Assembly (NCBI GenBank): GCA_934183155.1
Contig: CAKPSB010000003.1
Coordinates: 3,818-67,817, forward strand
Direction of reading: 5' to 3'
DNA from: an uncultured Bacilli bacterium
Lineage (GTDB): Bacteria > Bacillota_I > Bacilli_A > RF39 > UBA660
Length of the DNA: 64,000 nucleotides
A program made the position numbers and the translations under genes. Shown here one piece after another: positions 29,705 to 39,995 of this stretch. Positions within the stretch are counted from its first letter, which is position 1. The number at the start of each line of letters is the position of its first letter. Below the pieces are notes generated by a model, which worked only from the letters and a program-made list of their open reading frames with translations, did no database searches and was not told where the DNA came from.

Positions 29705-29798
29705 AGAAAATCTCCTTCAATATTATTATAAAACAAATACATTTGCAAAAAATGACAAAATTTATCATCATATAAATATATGTCTATTAATATATTAA

Positions 29799-31058
29799 TT
29801 ATTCAGTAACAATCCAAGCATCTGGAATAGCTCTAGTAGATTTTTGACCACTACCATTAACTGGTTTATTTATTAATTGATTATTAATAACAAGACCACT
29901 AGAAGTACCACCATCTAAATTAGCAGCATTATATGCCCCATACTTCATCAATATTTCCGTAAGTTCAACCATTCCTACGCCATCAATGCCATGAGCATAA
30001 TCTCTTCCATCCATAACTAAGAAAAGCACTATACCATCTTGTCTTTGCCCAATTGCACTTCGAGGAGCCGTTCCCCAACCACCATTTCCTTTAATAAATG
30101 ATGGTGTCCCATTAACAATTAAAAACGGACCAAATTCAACAGCATCACGAATACCTTTTTCCAAAGCTTGCTGAGCCGTCATTTTTTTCATTATAAATTT
30201 ATTATCTTTAGTAAAGCCTAACACCCCACCAGATACAGGAACATTTCCATTATTACTCACAACTTTACCATTTTGAATAACAACGCCATGTGGTTTACTA
30301 CCATTTCCCATATAACCAGGATCATTAAATCCACTAGCATTCATCGCTACAATTGCTTTATTATTTTTAGCAATCGTTGTAAGCATTTCGCCTTTAACAT
30401 TTAAATTTGTAGCTGTACCAACTTTAACTTTTGAAGCATCATAAATAGCAACAAGATAACCTCTCATACCATCACTATTTATATTAATCAACTTATACTT
30501 CTCACCATCTTCATGTGATAAAATTTCTTTTTCATACTTGTTTTTATACATTCCTTTTGATTTACTATAATCAACAAATGTAATTGCATTTAAATCAGTG
30601 TCTTCATCAACTGATTTAACATAATTGTTTTTCAAAACTGCATCAATTGTTTTTTGACTATAAAACCATTTTGCTAAATATTGATGACGCATCGTCGTCA
30701 TAGCCGTAGTAATTAACCATTCACGAAAATTAGGATAAGGTCCATACAATAAAAATCCAAGTCCTGAGCCACAAGTTAAGGCAACACAAATAATAACCAC
30801 TACTATCTTTTGCCAAGTTTTCATCTTTACTTTTTCTTTTTTAGCTATTTTTCTATCATTATTTTTCTCATCATTTTTAACTTCTTTTTGCATATCATTT
30901 TCCTGAAATTTTTCTTCATAATTTCTAAGCAATCTATCAATATCTACATCTTTTTTATCAGGAAACAAATCATCAAGCGAAGGATCTTTCATATAATCTT
31001 TATCTTCTAACTCACTACGCTCTTCATCATCAAACAAATACTCGTCATTCTTATGCAT
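29799..31058 (-). CDS. Phosphodiester glycosidase family protein (DUF2233/NAGPA-like). It is membrane-anchored with an acidic N-terminal tail.
   Basis: …AMNASGFNDPGYMGNGSKPHGVVIQNGKVV…GQRQDGIVLFLVMDGRDYAHGIDGVGMVELTEILMKYGAYNAANLDGGTSS…. Confidence 0.6.
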   Translation of the reverse strand: MHKNDEYLFDDEERSELEDKDYMKDPSLDDLFPDKKDVDIDRLLRNYEEKFQENDMQKEVKNDEKNNDRKIAKKEKVKMKTWQKIVVVIICVALTCGSGLGFLLYGPYPNFREWLITTAMTTMRHQYLAKWFYSQKTIDAVLKNNYVKSVDEDTDLNAITFVDYSKSKGMYKNKYEKEILSHEDGEKYKLININSDGMRGYLVAIYDASKVKVGTATNLNVKGEMLTTIAKNNKAIVAMNASGFNDPGYMGNGSKPHGVVIQNGKVVSNNGNVPVSGGVLGFTKDNKFIMKKMTAQQALEKGIRDAVEFGPFLIVNGTPSFIKGNGGWGTAPRSAIGQRQDGIVLFLVMDGRDYAHGIDGVGMVELTEILMKYGAYNAANLDGGTSSGLVINNQLINKPVNGSGQKSTRAIPDAWIVTE

Positions 31059-31632
31059 TTTTTTCTACCTCTTCCTTGCCAAAAAATTCTCCGTCTTTAT
31101 CATAATCAATATAATCTTTATAAATAGCATAATTAGCTTTATTAACTTTAGAATACTTATTTTTATTCTCAGCATTATACTTATCATATTCATCAATTAA
31201 TTCATTATACTGTTTAACATCTGAAATATAATAATTATTAGCAGCCTCATAATTAGCCTTAAAAGTAATACATCTCGTATTAGCTCTAACATCACCATAT
31301 TCAACTATACAATTTTTCTTTAAAACTAAAGCTTCATTATCTACTTTTTTAATTGCCTCTTCATAATTTTTCATAAAATCATTCCAAGCTTTATAATTAG
31401 TAGCTAAAGTTTCGATATATAAATCCTCTTTATTTTCATAAAACTTATTTCTTAAAGATGAAAACTCATCAACAGCCTTATTAAAACTTGCATAAGAACT
31501 TATAATTTCATCAACCTTCTTTTTTGTTTGCAATTTATCTTTTTTCAAACCATCAACCCAAACACACGCCAATATCAACAAAACACAAAGAATTCCAATA
31601 ACAATTCCAATAATTTTTAACGATTTTTTCAT
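31051..31632 (-). CDS. Hypothetical membrane-anchored protein (193 aa)
   Basis: ORF track. Signal or anchor, then a Lys/Glu/Tyr-rich soluble domain. It overlaps the downstream gene by 8 nt. Confidence 0.4.
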   Translation of the reverse strand: MKKSLKIIGIVIGILCVLLILACVWVDGLKKDKLQTKKKVDEIISSYASFNKAVDEFSSLRNKFYENKEDLYIETLATNYKAWNDFMKNYEEAIKKVDNEALVLKKNCIVEYGDVRANTRCITFKANYEAANNYYISDVKQYNELIDEYDKYNAENKNKYSKVNKANYAIYKDYIDYDKDGEFFGKEEVEKNA

Positions 31633-31703
31633 AACTTACTCCTTCTTATCTTCTTATACACTATACCAAATTACAAAAAAAATGTAAAGCATTGTCGAAA
31701 CAC

Positions 31704-33467
31704 TTATACATCCTTTTCTAATTCATCCAATATTTCTTTTAATCTTACAGCCACATCCTTAGGTAATATTTCACTAAGATTCTCAACTGATTGACTTTTT
31801 ATATTATCTATAGTTTTATATTTCTTTAACAATTCATTTTTCCTTTTCTCGCCTATTCCAGCTATATCATCTAAAATAGATGCATAAAGTCCCTTACTTC
31901 TAATTTGTCTATGATAATTAATGGTAAAATTATGAACTTCATCCTGCATTCTTTCTAAATAATGAAATAAATTACTACGCTTTTCTATAGGAATTTCCCC
32001 ATTAAAAGTTATTAAAGCATTTGTAGAATGTTTATCATCCTTCTTTAACCCAACCAAATTAATTTTCAAATTTAAACCATCCAATATTTCTTTAGCCGCA
32101 TTCATTTGTCCTAAACCACCATCGACAATAATTAAATCAGGACGTGTTAAATCATCCTTTAACACCCTAAAATACCGTCTATATAAAGCTTCCTTCATAG
32201 TTCCATAATCATCATTCTTATCAAAAGAAATTTTAAACTTACGATATTCATTCTTAAGTGGCCTTCCATCTAAAAAAACAACCATTCCTGAAACATTATA
32301 AGTTCCAAATAAATGAGCATTATCAAAAAGTTCAATTCTATCCAATTTGCTCAAGTTTAAAACTTTTCTTAACTCATCATTTGCCTTCCACGTCATTTGC
32401 TCATCCTTATTCAACAATTCCAATTTATCTTCTAATTGTTTTTTAGCATTATCTGAAGCCATTAAAACTAACTTTTTCTTTACTCCTTTTTCTGGCACTT
32501 TAACCATTATTTTTAAATAATCTTCTAATAACTTATTATCTACAATTTGTGGGACTAAAATTTCTTTAGGTGGTAACGCTTTTTCATAAAATTTAGCAAT
32601 ATATCTAGTCAATTCCTCCGCCTCATCATCAATCAAAGGAATTATTTGATGATGATGTCCAGTTATTTTATTACCGCGCACAAAAAATATAAATACACTC
32701 AAATAATTTCCATCATTATAATATCCAAATATATCTCGATCTATATTATCATGAACCTCAATTTTTTGTTTAACCAAAACAAGATTAATATCATCAAGTA
32801 ATTGCTTCAATTCCAAAGCTTTTTCATAATGTAACTGGCTACTTTCTTTTTCAATTTCCTTATATATTTTATCCGTAACAACATCATTATTGCCTTTTAA
32901 AAAACTTACAATATCTTTTTCCATTTTTTTCACTTTATCTAAAGGTACATCATTACTACAATAACCCAAACACTGTCCTATATGATAATATAAACAAGGT
33001 CTCTTTTGATATGTTTTACACTTTCTCAAAGGATAAAGTCTGTTTAACATATTAACTACTTTTCTAGCCGCATAAACATTAGGATAAGGACCAAATAATC
33101 TTGTCGTTTTTCTTTTTTTATGAACATTTCTAACTACAAGTAATCGTGGAACTGCATCTTCTGTAAGTTCTATATATGGATAACTTTTATCATCCCTAAG
33201 TAAAATATTAAACTTAGGATCATGTTTTTTTATCAAACTAATTTCCAATATCAAAGACTCTGTTTCAGATGAAACAACAATATAATCAAAATCAGCTATT
33301 TCACTAACAAGTCTAGCCGTTTTACCAGTATGAGAAGAATGAAAATAAGAGTTTAATCTATTTCTTAAATCTTTTGCCTTACCAACATAAATAATAACTC
33401 CATTAGCATTTTTCATAAGATAACATCCCGGCTTATGAGGAACTAATTTAAGTTTTTCAAGCACCAT
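31704..33467 (-). CDS. uvrC: Excinuclease ABC subunit C
   Basis: GIY-YIG N-terminus (PGCYLMKNANGVIIYVGKAKDLRNRLNSYF). UvrBC-interacting and RNaseH-like/HhH regions. 587 aa. Confidence 0.9.
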   Translation of the reverse strand: MVLEKLKLVPHKPGCYLMKNANGVIIYVGKAKDLRNRLNSYFHSSHTGKTARLVSEIADFDYIVVSSETESLILEISLIKKHDPKFNILLRDDKSYPYIELTEDAVPRLLVVRNVHKKRKTTRLFGPYPNVYAARKVVNMLNRLYPLRKCKTYQKRPCLYYHIGQCLGYCSNDVPLDKVKKMEKDIVSFLKGNNDVVTDKIYKEIEKESSQLHYEKALELKQLLDDINLVLVKQKIEVHDNIDRDIFGYYNDGNYLSVFIFFVRGNKITGHHHQIIPLIDDEAEELTRYIAKFYEKALPPKEILVPQIVDNKLLEDYLKIMVKVPEKGVKKKLVLMASDNAKKQLEDKLELLNKDEQMTWKANDELRKVLNLSKLDRIELFDNAHLFGTYNVSGMVVFLDGRPLKNEYRKFKISFDKNDDYGTMKEALYRRYFRVLKDDLTRPDLIIVDGGLGQMNAAKEILDGLNLKINLVGLKKDDKHSTNALITFNGEIPIEKRSNLFHYLERMQDEVHNFTINYHRQIRSKGLYASILDDIAGIGEKRKNELLKKYKTIDNIKSQSVENLSEILPKDVAVRLKEILDELEKDV

Positions 33468-33547
33468 AATCTCACCTCTTTTATTATTATATCATTTTTT
33501 GAGTTGCTTTTTTTGTTTTTATTATTTATAATTTAAACGGTGATCAA

Positions 33548-34132
33548 ATGAAAACTATTAATAAAATAACTACCAATGAAATAATTATAAATAAATCAAA
33601 ATTTATTACAATTGTTATACCTGTAAATAAAATAGAAAATGTCGAAGTAGAAATTAATAATATTAAAAAAATATATAAAGGCGCTACCCACTATTGTTTT
33701 GGATATATAATAGATAATCACGAAAAATATAGTGATGATAAAGAGCCCACCAAAACCGCCGGTTTACCAATTTTAAACGTTTTAAAACAAAATAACCTAA
33801 CAAATATATTATGTGTTGTTGTAAGATATTTTGGCGGTATTAAATTAGGCTCCGGAGGCTTAATTAGAGCTTATTCTACAAGCACAAGTGAAGCATTAAA
33901 AAAATGCCAAATTAATAATATAACAGATGGTCTAAAAGTATTAATAGAATTTAAATATGAAAATATAAAACAAATTGATTACCTACTTCAAAATATAATA
34001 ATTAAAAAAAGTTTTCAAAATAATGTTATTTATGAATTTAAAATCAAAGAAATCGATTATAACAATATAAAAGAAAAATTAAATAATCTATGTAAAAGCA
34101 TTAAAACAAAAAAAATTTTAATATCAAATTAA
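33548..34132 (+). CDS. YigZ/IMPACT family protein (UPF0029)
   Basis: …GATHYCFGYII…DDKEPTKTAGLPILNVL…VVRYFGGIKLGSGGLIRAY. Confidence 0.75.
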   Translation: MKTINKITTNEIIINKSKFITIVIPVNKIENVEVEINNIKKIYKGATHYCFGYIIDNHEKYSDDKEPTKTAGLPILNVLKQNNLTNILCVVVRYFGGIKLGSGGLIRAYSTSTSEALKKCQINNITDGLKVLIEFKYENIKQIDYLLQNIIIKKSFQNNVIYEFKIKEIDYNNIKEKLNNLCKSIKTKKILISN

Positions 34133-34177
34133 AAACTAAGAAAATGAAACAAACATCATATAGTTTAAATCAAAATC

Positions 34178-35449
34178 TTAGTTTTTATTTTGTAAAACAA
34201 CATAACTTCTATTTGTAATATCTAAATTTTTAACATAATCTTTAAAAGTATTAAAATCTAATTTTTGTAATTTTTCATACATATCATAAACTGGAGCTTT
34301 TAATAAAAGCACTTGGTTTTGAATTAAATCACATGCACTCTTAGTATCTTCCGTTGAAAGCAAAATCTGATTTAAAGTTACTTTTTTTATCAAATTAAAA
34401 CTTTCCTCACTAAAATCAGTACTTTTAATAGTTTTATCAATCAAATCAATAACATCTGTATTATTTTTAACTTTACAGAAAAAACTTGCAATAAAATAAC
34501 CATCCAACTCTTCCATAGTAGCCGAAAGTGTTGATAACATATTATCATCATTGTCTAAAACATCTACAATTGATGAAAGATTTCCAAAACCCATATCAAT
34601 AAATATAGAAAAATATAATCTATTTAAATAAGCATCTTCAAAAAAATGATTATTTTTTATTTTATAATTAATATATATATATTTAGCTGAAAAATCTTTT
34701 TTTATTAATACTTCTTTATCTTTAACAACTTCTTTTGGCTCAGAAGCTTTTAAAATTTCAATATTAGGTCTATCTAAAAATACCATATTACTATAATATT
34801 TCTTTATAAACTTCATCGTTTTAAAAGGATCAACATCACCACTAATTGTTAACATCATGTTACTAGGATGATAAAATGCATTATAACAATCATATAACTG
34901 CTCTTTAGTTATACTGTTTATATCATCTAAAGAACCTAAAACTGTATTTTTATAGTCAGAATTATAAAATGTATTTAATAAACATTCATTATATGCAATT
35001 GTATATGGACGATCCAAACTTTGCTTTTTTTCTTGTAAAATAATTCCCTTTTCTTTTTGAACATTTTCATCAGTAAAATATGGTTTATGAATAGTATTAA
35101 GTAAATTTTCTAAATTCTCATAAAAATAATTTGCCCCAGTAAAATAATAAGCTGTAACAAATTTATTAGTATAAGCATTAGAAATAGCTCCATTCTTTTC
35201 ATAAACAAGCATTGGATCTATACCATCTTCTTTTTCAAACATTTTATGTTCCAAAAAATGAGCTATTCCTGCAGGTACTTTATAAGTTTTACCGTCTACT
35301 TTATAATTTAATATCCCCCCACCAAAAAAAGTTGTCATTCTAGCATGAATATTATTTCTCGGAATTTTGCTAATATATACTCTTAATCCATTATCTAAAA
35401 CTTCCTCATAAACATCCAGATTAATTGTTTTATAACTATGCTTCTCCAT
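34178..35449 (-). CDS. M16 family zinc peptidase (insulinase-like), the active subunit
   Basis: Inverted zinc-binding motif HFLEHKMFE (HxxEH). Confidence 0.75.
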   Translation of the reverse strand: MEKHSYKTINLDVYEEVLDNGLRVYISKIPRNNIHARMTTFFGGGILNYKVDGKTYKVPAGIAHFLEHKMFEKEDGIDPMLVYEKNGAISNAYTNKFVTAYYFTGANYFYENLENLLNTIHKPYFTDENVQKEKGIILQEKKQSLDRPYTIAYNECLLNTFYNSDYKNTVLGSLDDINSITKEQLYDCYNAFYHPSNMMLTISGDVDPFKTMKFIKKYYSNMVFLDRPNIEILKASEPKEVVKDKEVLIKKDFSAKYIYINYKIKNNHFFEDAYLNRLYFSIFIDMGFGNLSSIVDVLDNDDNMLSTLSATMEELDGYFIASFFCKVKNNTDVIDLIDKTIKSTDFSEESFNLIKKVTLNQILLSTEDTKSACDLIQNQVLLLKAPVYDMYEKLQKLDFNTFKDYVKNLDITNRSYVVLQNKN

Positions 35450-36710
35450 TACCTTCTCCTTCTAACAAATAGACCGTATCAATATGAATTTTATTAGCCA
35501 AATTAATTACATCTTGCCTAGTAACCTTCTCCATCATTTTCTTTCTATCTTCAAGTTTATCACAACCAATAAATAAATAAGCATTAAAATTTTCAACAAG
35601 CCAGTCATTACAGTCTTCTATTTCTATTAAAGAATTATAATAAATTTGTTTTACGCTATTAAATAATTCCAAAGAAAATTTACCTTTTTTCATATTTTCA
35701 ATTTCTTTTAATATAAGGTTATAAGTTTTATCAAAATTTTCACCATCAATTCCTGAAATAATTCTAATAACATCAAATAAATGATATTTTAAAGTATAAA
35801 TGTAGTAACATAATGAATTTTTTTCTCTAACCGTTTGATTAAGCAAAGAATTAACACCGCCACCTAAAATCCACGAAAACAAAATAAAAACATAATTTCT
35901 TTCAAAATCTGTTAATGCATCAAACTTACAGCCAACAATTAAATTACTTTGTGTATTATTACTTTTTTCAATAATAATATTAGGCTTATCATTAAATAAT
36001 TTTTGATGACATATATGATTTCTATCTACATATTTTCCTGGAAAACTAACATTTCTTTCAAAAATATCCTTTATTTCTAATGGATTTACATTACCACACA
36101 AAGTTATATCTAAGCTGCCTTTATTTAACACTTTTAAATAAAATTTATAAAGGTCTTGCGGTGTTAACTCACTTATTGATTTAATCAGCTGAGCAATACT
36201 TTTTTCTTTATAATCTTTAATTTGCATTATTTCATCAACTCTAGCTGACGCATAATCATTTGGATAATCTCTAATACTATTCAAATTTTCAATTACTTTC
36301 TTCTTTTGAATATTAAAAACTTTTTCATCAAAACCATCATTAATTATTTTAGGTTTAAACAATATATCCAATAAGTATTTTATACTTTCTTCATTCATTC
36401 CTTTTTCCGTATATTTTTCATTACAAAAATTTGCCCTTAAAGTTAACATATTTTCCATACCACTTACTAATACATTAACACTATAAGTTGGATCATATAT
36501 TTTAGCACATCCAATATTAATATCGCGTTTAGTTTTATATTTATAACTTGTATTAAGTAATAATCTACTCAATAATGAGAAATATTTTTCATCTCCATTT
36601 TCATCATCAAAGCGAATATTTATTGATAAAGAAATTGTTTTAAACCTATCTGTATTTATAATATGAAGTTTATAATTTTTTATATCATAGTTAAAATATT
36701 CCATACTCAC
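35436..36710 (-). CDS. M16 family peptidase-like protein, probably the non-catalytic partner
   Basis: Same size (424 aa) and overlapping the partner gene. M16-like layout but no HxxEH motif seen. Confidence 0.6.
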   Translation of the reverse strand: MSMEYFNYDIKNYKLHIINTDRFKTISLSINIRFDDENGDEKYFSLLSRLLLNTSYKYKTKRDINIGCAKIYDPTYSVNVLVSGMENMLTLRANFCNEKYTEKGMNEESIKYLLDILFKPKIINDGFDEKVFNIQKKKVIENLNSIRDYPNDYASARVDEIMQIKDYKEKSIAQLIKSISELTPQDLYKFYLKVLNKGSLDITLCGNVNPLEIKDIFERNVSFPGKYVDRNHICHQKLFNDKPNIIIEKSNNTQSNLIVGCKFDALTDFERNYVFILFSWILGGGVNSLLNQTVREKNSLCYYIYTLKYHLFDVIRIISGIDGENFDKTYNLILKEIENMKKGKFSLELFNSVKQIYYNSLIEIEDCNDWLVENFNAYLFIGCDKLEDRKKMMEKVTRQDVINLANKIHIDTVYLLEGEGNGEA

Positions 36711-36712
36711 CT

Positions 36713-37423
36713 CTACATAGAATCCAAAGCAAGCCTAATCATTTTATCCAATCCTTTTTCTCTTTCCAAAGGCGTTGCTACATCTTTAATATATTTGCTA
36801 TCAACAACACTCATCAAACAAGCCGCTTTTTTATTTAGCATTTTAGCTACATAAAAAAGTGCAAAAGCTTCCATCTCAGCTGCAATAGGACTTACTCCTT
36901 TTGGCATTCTTTCAAAAAATTTATCAATATTGCTCATATATAAATCAAAACAATCTAAACAAGCAGTCATTCCTTTAAATAACTTTATATTATTATTATA
37001 AGCAACTTTTTCAATTTTAATATTTAATTCTTCATCACTATAAGTAACATGACAGTCTTCATTATTCAAAGTTAAAGCAAAATTGCTCTCACTATAACAA
37101 GATGTAGATAAAATAACATCAAATAATTTCATATTCTTATCATAAGCTCCACAAGAACCAATTCTAATAATTTCCTCGACATCATAAAATTTATATAATT
37201 CATAAGAATATATTCCCATACTAGGCATTCCCATTCCTGAAGCCATAATCGTTACTTCTTTTCCATTATAATGTCCAGTATAAGCATAAATGTTTCTAAC
37301 TGATGAAACTAACTTATAATCAGACAAATATTTTTCTGCAATATATTTTGCCCTAAGCGGATCACCAGGCATAATAACCGTTTTAGCAATTTGTCCTTTT
37401 TCAGCACTATTGTGTGGCGTCAT
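36713..37423 (-). CDS. deoD: Purine nucleoside phosphorylase DeoD-type
   Basis: …TVIMPGDPLRAKYIAE…YTGHYNGKEVTIMASGMGMPSMGIYSYEL…. Confidence 0.85.
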   Translation of the reverse strand: MTPHNSAEKGQIAKTVIMPGDPLRAKYIAEKYLSDYKLVSSVRNIYAYTGHYNGKEVTIMASGMGMPSMGIYSYELYKFYDVEEIIRIGSCGAYDKNMKLFDVILSTSCYSESNFALTLNNEDCHVTYSDEELNIKIEKVAYNNNIKLFKGMTACLDCFDLYMSNIDKFFERMPKGVSPIAAEMEAFALFYVAKMLNKKAACLMSVVDSKYIKDVATPLEREKGLDKMIRLALDSM

Positions 37424-37510
37424 ATCATTACCTTCTTTCTACATAAAATTTTAACAAAGCATATTATTAATGTCAATGTCCTACCTTACTAATTATATAA
37501 TTAGCTTACA

Positions 37511-38515
37511 CTATTTTTCTAAATAATTTAAAGCTTCCCTAAAAGTTTCAACCGGAATAATATCTATATTAAAGCCTCTTTTATCTTTTATCTTTTTAGC
37601 TTCATTATAATTATCACCCTTAGGTACAAGAAAAACATCAGCTTTATTATTAACCGCACCAATTAATTTATACTTAACTCCACCTATCTCGCCAACATTT
37701 CCATCTATATCTATAGTTCCTGTACCAACCACTTTTTTACCATGAGTCAAATCTATTTTATTTAAATTACTATAAATTGTTAAAGTAAGCATAAGTCCAC
37801 CAGACGAACCATATTCCGTTTTTGAAAAATTTGTTTTAATTTTTTTATCAGATTTCACATCAAACGTCTCCGTTACAATAGCTCCAACCTTAGGAATACC
37901 ATTAATACTAATTAAAGTAGCTTTTTTTCTCATTATTTTATTATTTATATCTTTAACCTCAAAAGTAACATTATCGCCAGCCTTTTTCCCCGAAATATAA
38001 GAAAATAAAGCATCTTTATCTTTCAATTTTTTATTATCTATCTTCAATATCTGATCGCCAATTTTCAAATCAGTTTCTGCTTTTTTATCAACATAAGTAA
38101 TATAAACTTTATTATTTTCTATTTTATAATCTATAGCAGAATTTTTATATGCAACAAGTAAAGAAATATCGTTAGCCTCTTTAAGCAACATTTTATTACG
38201 ATAATTTTTCTCTTCAATGGTTTCATTATCAGCTTTAACTTCATCCTCTTTTTCAATATCCCAATCTTTATTAAAAACCGAATATAACAAAGTAGCCGGT
38301 GTTGCATGAATTTCTGAAACATAAGCCATATTAAGGCTTCCCTTCATCTTAAATGTAGAATTTATTTTGTTTTTAGTATTTATAAGTCCTCCAGGTGTAG
38401 AAATATAAAATGGCAATTCCAATAAAAAGAAAACAAAAAGTAACAAATAAGCAATTGCAATTTTATAATATTCTTTGATAAATTTTTTTATATTTTCATA
38501 TATTTTATTAAACAT
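37511..38515 (-). CDS. ylbL: YlbL/SepM-family protein (PDZ domain plus Lon-like S16 C-terminal proteolytic domain)
   Basis: N-terminal TM helix, a PDZ-like middle, and the C-terminus YGSSGGLMLTLTIY…VVGTGTIDIDGNVGEIGGVKYKLIGA. Confidence 0.65.
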   Translation of the reverse strand: MFNKIYENIKKFIKEYYKIAIAYLLLFVFFLLELPFYISTPGGLINTKNKINSTFKMKGSLNMAYVSEIHATPATLLYSVFNKDWDIEKEDEVKADNETIEEKNYRNKMLLKEANDISLLVAYKNSAIDYKIENNKVYITYVDKKAETDLKIGDQILKIDNKKLKDKDALFSYISGKKAGDNVTFEVKDINNKIMRKKATLISINGIPKVGAIVTETFDVKSDKKIKTNFSKTEYGSSGGLMLTLTIYSNLNKIDLTHGKKVVGTGTIDIDGNVGEIGGVKYKLIGAVNNKADVFLVPKGDNYNEAKKIKDKRGFNIDIIPVETFREALNYLEK

Positions 38516-38547
38516 ATTTATATCCTTTCTATTTTAGAGGTGCAAAA

Positions 38548-39519
38548 GTGAAAAAAATTACAAGCATATTAATCATGATTATTTTAATATTTATCGGATT
38601 TGAAATATTAACAAAATCCGAAAGCATATTAAAAGCAGTTGATTTTTCTTTAAATATTTTTAAAAATAACATTTTTCCATCATTATTTCCTTTTTTTGTA
38701 TTATCAAACATTTTAATCAAATGTGGCTTACCAGAATTAATGGGCTGTTTATTCAAAAAAATTATGAATAAATTATTTAAAATTAAAGGTATAACATCTT
38801 TCATATTTTTTATGAGTATTATCTCAGGAAACCCCGCAAACGCAAAATATACAAAAGAACTTTTATTAGAAGGAAAAATTAATAAATATGAAGCCACTAA
38901 AATATTATGCTTCACATCTTTTTCTAATCCACTTTTTATATTAGGAACAGCCTCTATGTTTTTAAATAATAAAGAAGTTGGCATTCTAATTTTAATCTGC
39001 CACTATTTAGGAAATTTATTTATAGGATTAGGCATGCGTAAATATCATCCAAGCAAAATTGAAAATGAAAAAATTAGTTTACTTAAAGCTATTAACGAAA
39101 TGCATCAAAAAAGAATTAGTAACAAAGATAATTTAGGAATTATTATTACTAACTCTTTAATAAGTAGTATTAACACACTACTTTTAATATTAGGTGTTAT
39201 TACAACATGTTTAGTAATAACAACAATTATAGATAATAATTTAAATTTAAATGACGTCCTACAAAGCATTTTAAACGGTTTTGTTGAAATGACACAAGGC
39301 TTAAAATATATAAGCATGCAAAATATACCATTAAAACTAAAATGCGTTTTAACCGTCATGATTTTATCATTTTCTGGTTTTAGTGTGCATCTTCAAATAA
39401 TGAGTATACTAAGTGACACTGAAATCAAATATTTACCATTTTTATGTGCTAGAATATGTCATGCCTTAATCTCTTCATTACTCATGTATATTTCTTTTGA
39501 CTTTTTTATAAATTTATAA
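38548..39519 (+). CDS. ylbJ: YlbJ-like sporulation integral membrane protein (nucleoside-recognition/Gate domain). GTG start.
   Basis: Polytopic membrane protein divergent from ylbL. This matches B. subtilis ylbJ-ylbL neighbourhood synteny. RBS AGAGGTG precedes the GTG. Confidence 0.55.
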   Translation: MKKITSILIMIILIFIGFEILTKSESILKAVDFSLNIFKNNIFPSLFPFFVLSNILIKCGLPELMGCLFKKIMNKLFKIKGITSFIFFMSIISGNPANAKYTKELLLEGKINKYEATKILCFTSFSNPLFILGTASMFLNNKEVGILILICHYLGNLFIGLGMRKYHPSKIENEKISLLKAINEMHQKRISNKDNLGIIITNSLISSINTLLLILGVITTCLVITTIIDNNLNLNDVLQSILNGFVEMTQGLKYISMQNIPLKLKCVLTVMILSFSGFSVHLQIMSILSDTEIKYLPFLCARICHALISSLLMYISFDFFINL

Positions 39520-39984
39520 AAAATAGTAAAATGTTATTTTATATTCATAAGGCTTAGATAAAGAACTATGATTTAATTTTAAATAAATTGATAAATAACA
39601 ATTATAATCATCAGGATTAACATAAGGATTTAGGCTATAATCTTCTATAACAGTTCCATCTGGTAGATTAAAAACCTGATTTCCAACTGTAACTTTAGCT
39701 GGAGTAGTTTCATCTCCCTTATCAATAACAATTTTTGAATTAACAGCTCCGCTAATATTACAAGTATTGTCTAAACAAGAAAGATAAGTTCCATCAGAAG
39801 GTAAAGCTGCTTTTATATTCTTAGATATAATACCAAGTTTTTCTTGGATAGCTGTTTTAACAGAAGTTTCTGCAAAAACATCTTTAACTTCAATCAATAC
39901 TTCAAAAAGAAAAACAGTAATAATCATTGTTAATGCAAAAGATGTAATTAACTCAACAACTGTAAATCCTTTATTATTTTTCAT
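39514..39984 (-). CDS. Type IV pilin-like / pseudopilin protein
   Basis: Class III signal MKNNKG|FTVVELITSFALTMIITVFLF (G-1, F+1, E+5). 156 aa with C-terminal Cys residues. RBS AGGAGGG. Confidence 0.6.
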   Translation of the reverse strand: MKNNKGFTVVELITSFALTMIITVFLFEVLIEVKDVFAETSVKTAIQEKLGIISKNIKAALPSDGTYLSCLDNTCNISGAVNSKIVIDKGDETTPAKVTVGNQVFNLPDGTVIEDYSLNPYVNPDDYNCYLSIYLKLNHSSLSKPYEYKITFYYFL

Positions 39985-39995
39985 AAGCCGCCCTC

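Noticed and set aside
34131-34186. Long-range inverted repeat AAAACTAAG…CTTAGTTTT between yigZ and the M16 peptidase gene
   Set aside because: The 9-bp arms are separated by ~40 nt. That is too loose for an intrinsic terminator and too short for a mobile-element TIR. It is likely chance in AT-rich DNA, or at most a weak bidirectional terminator.
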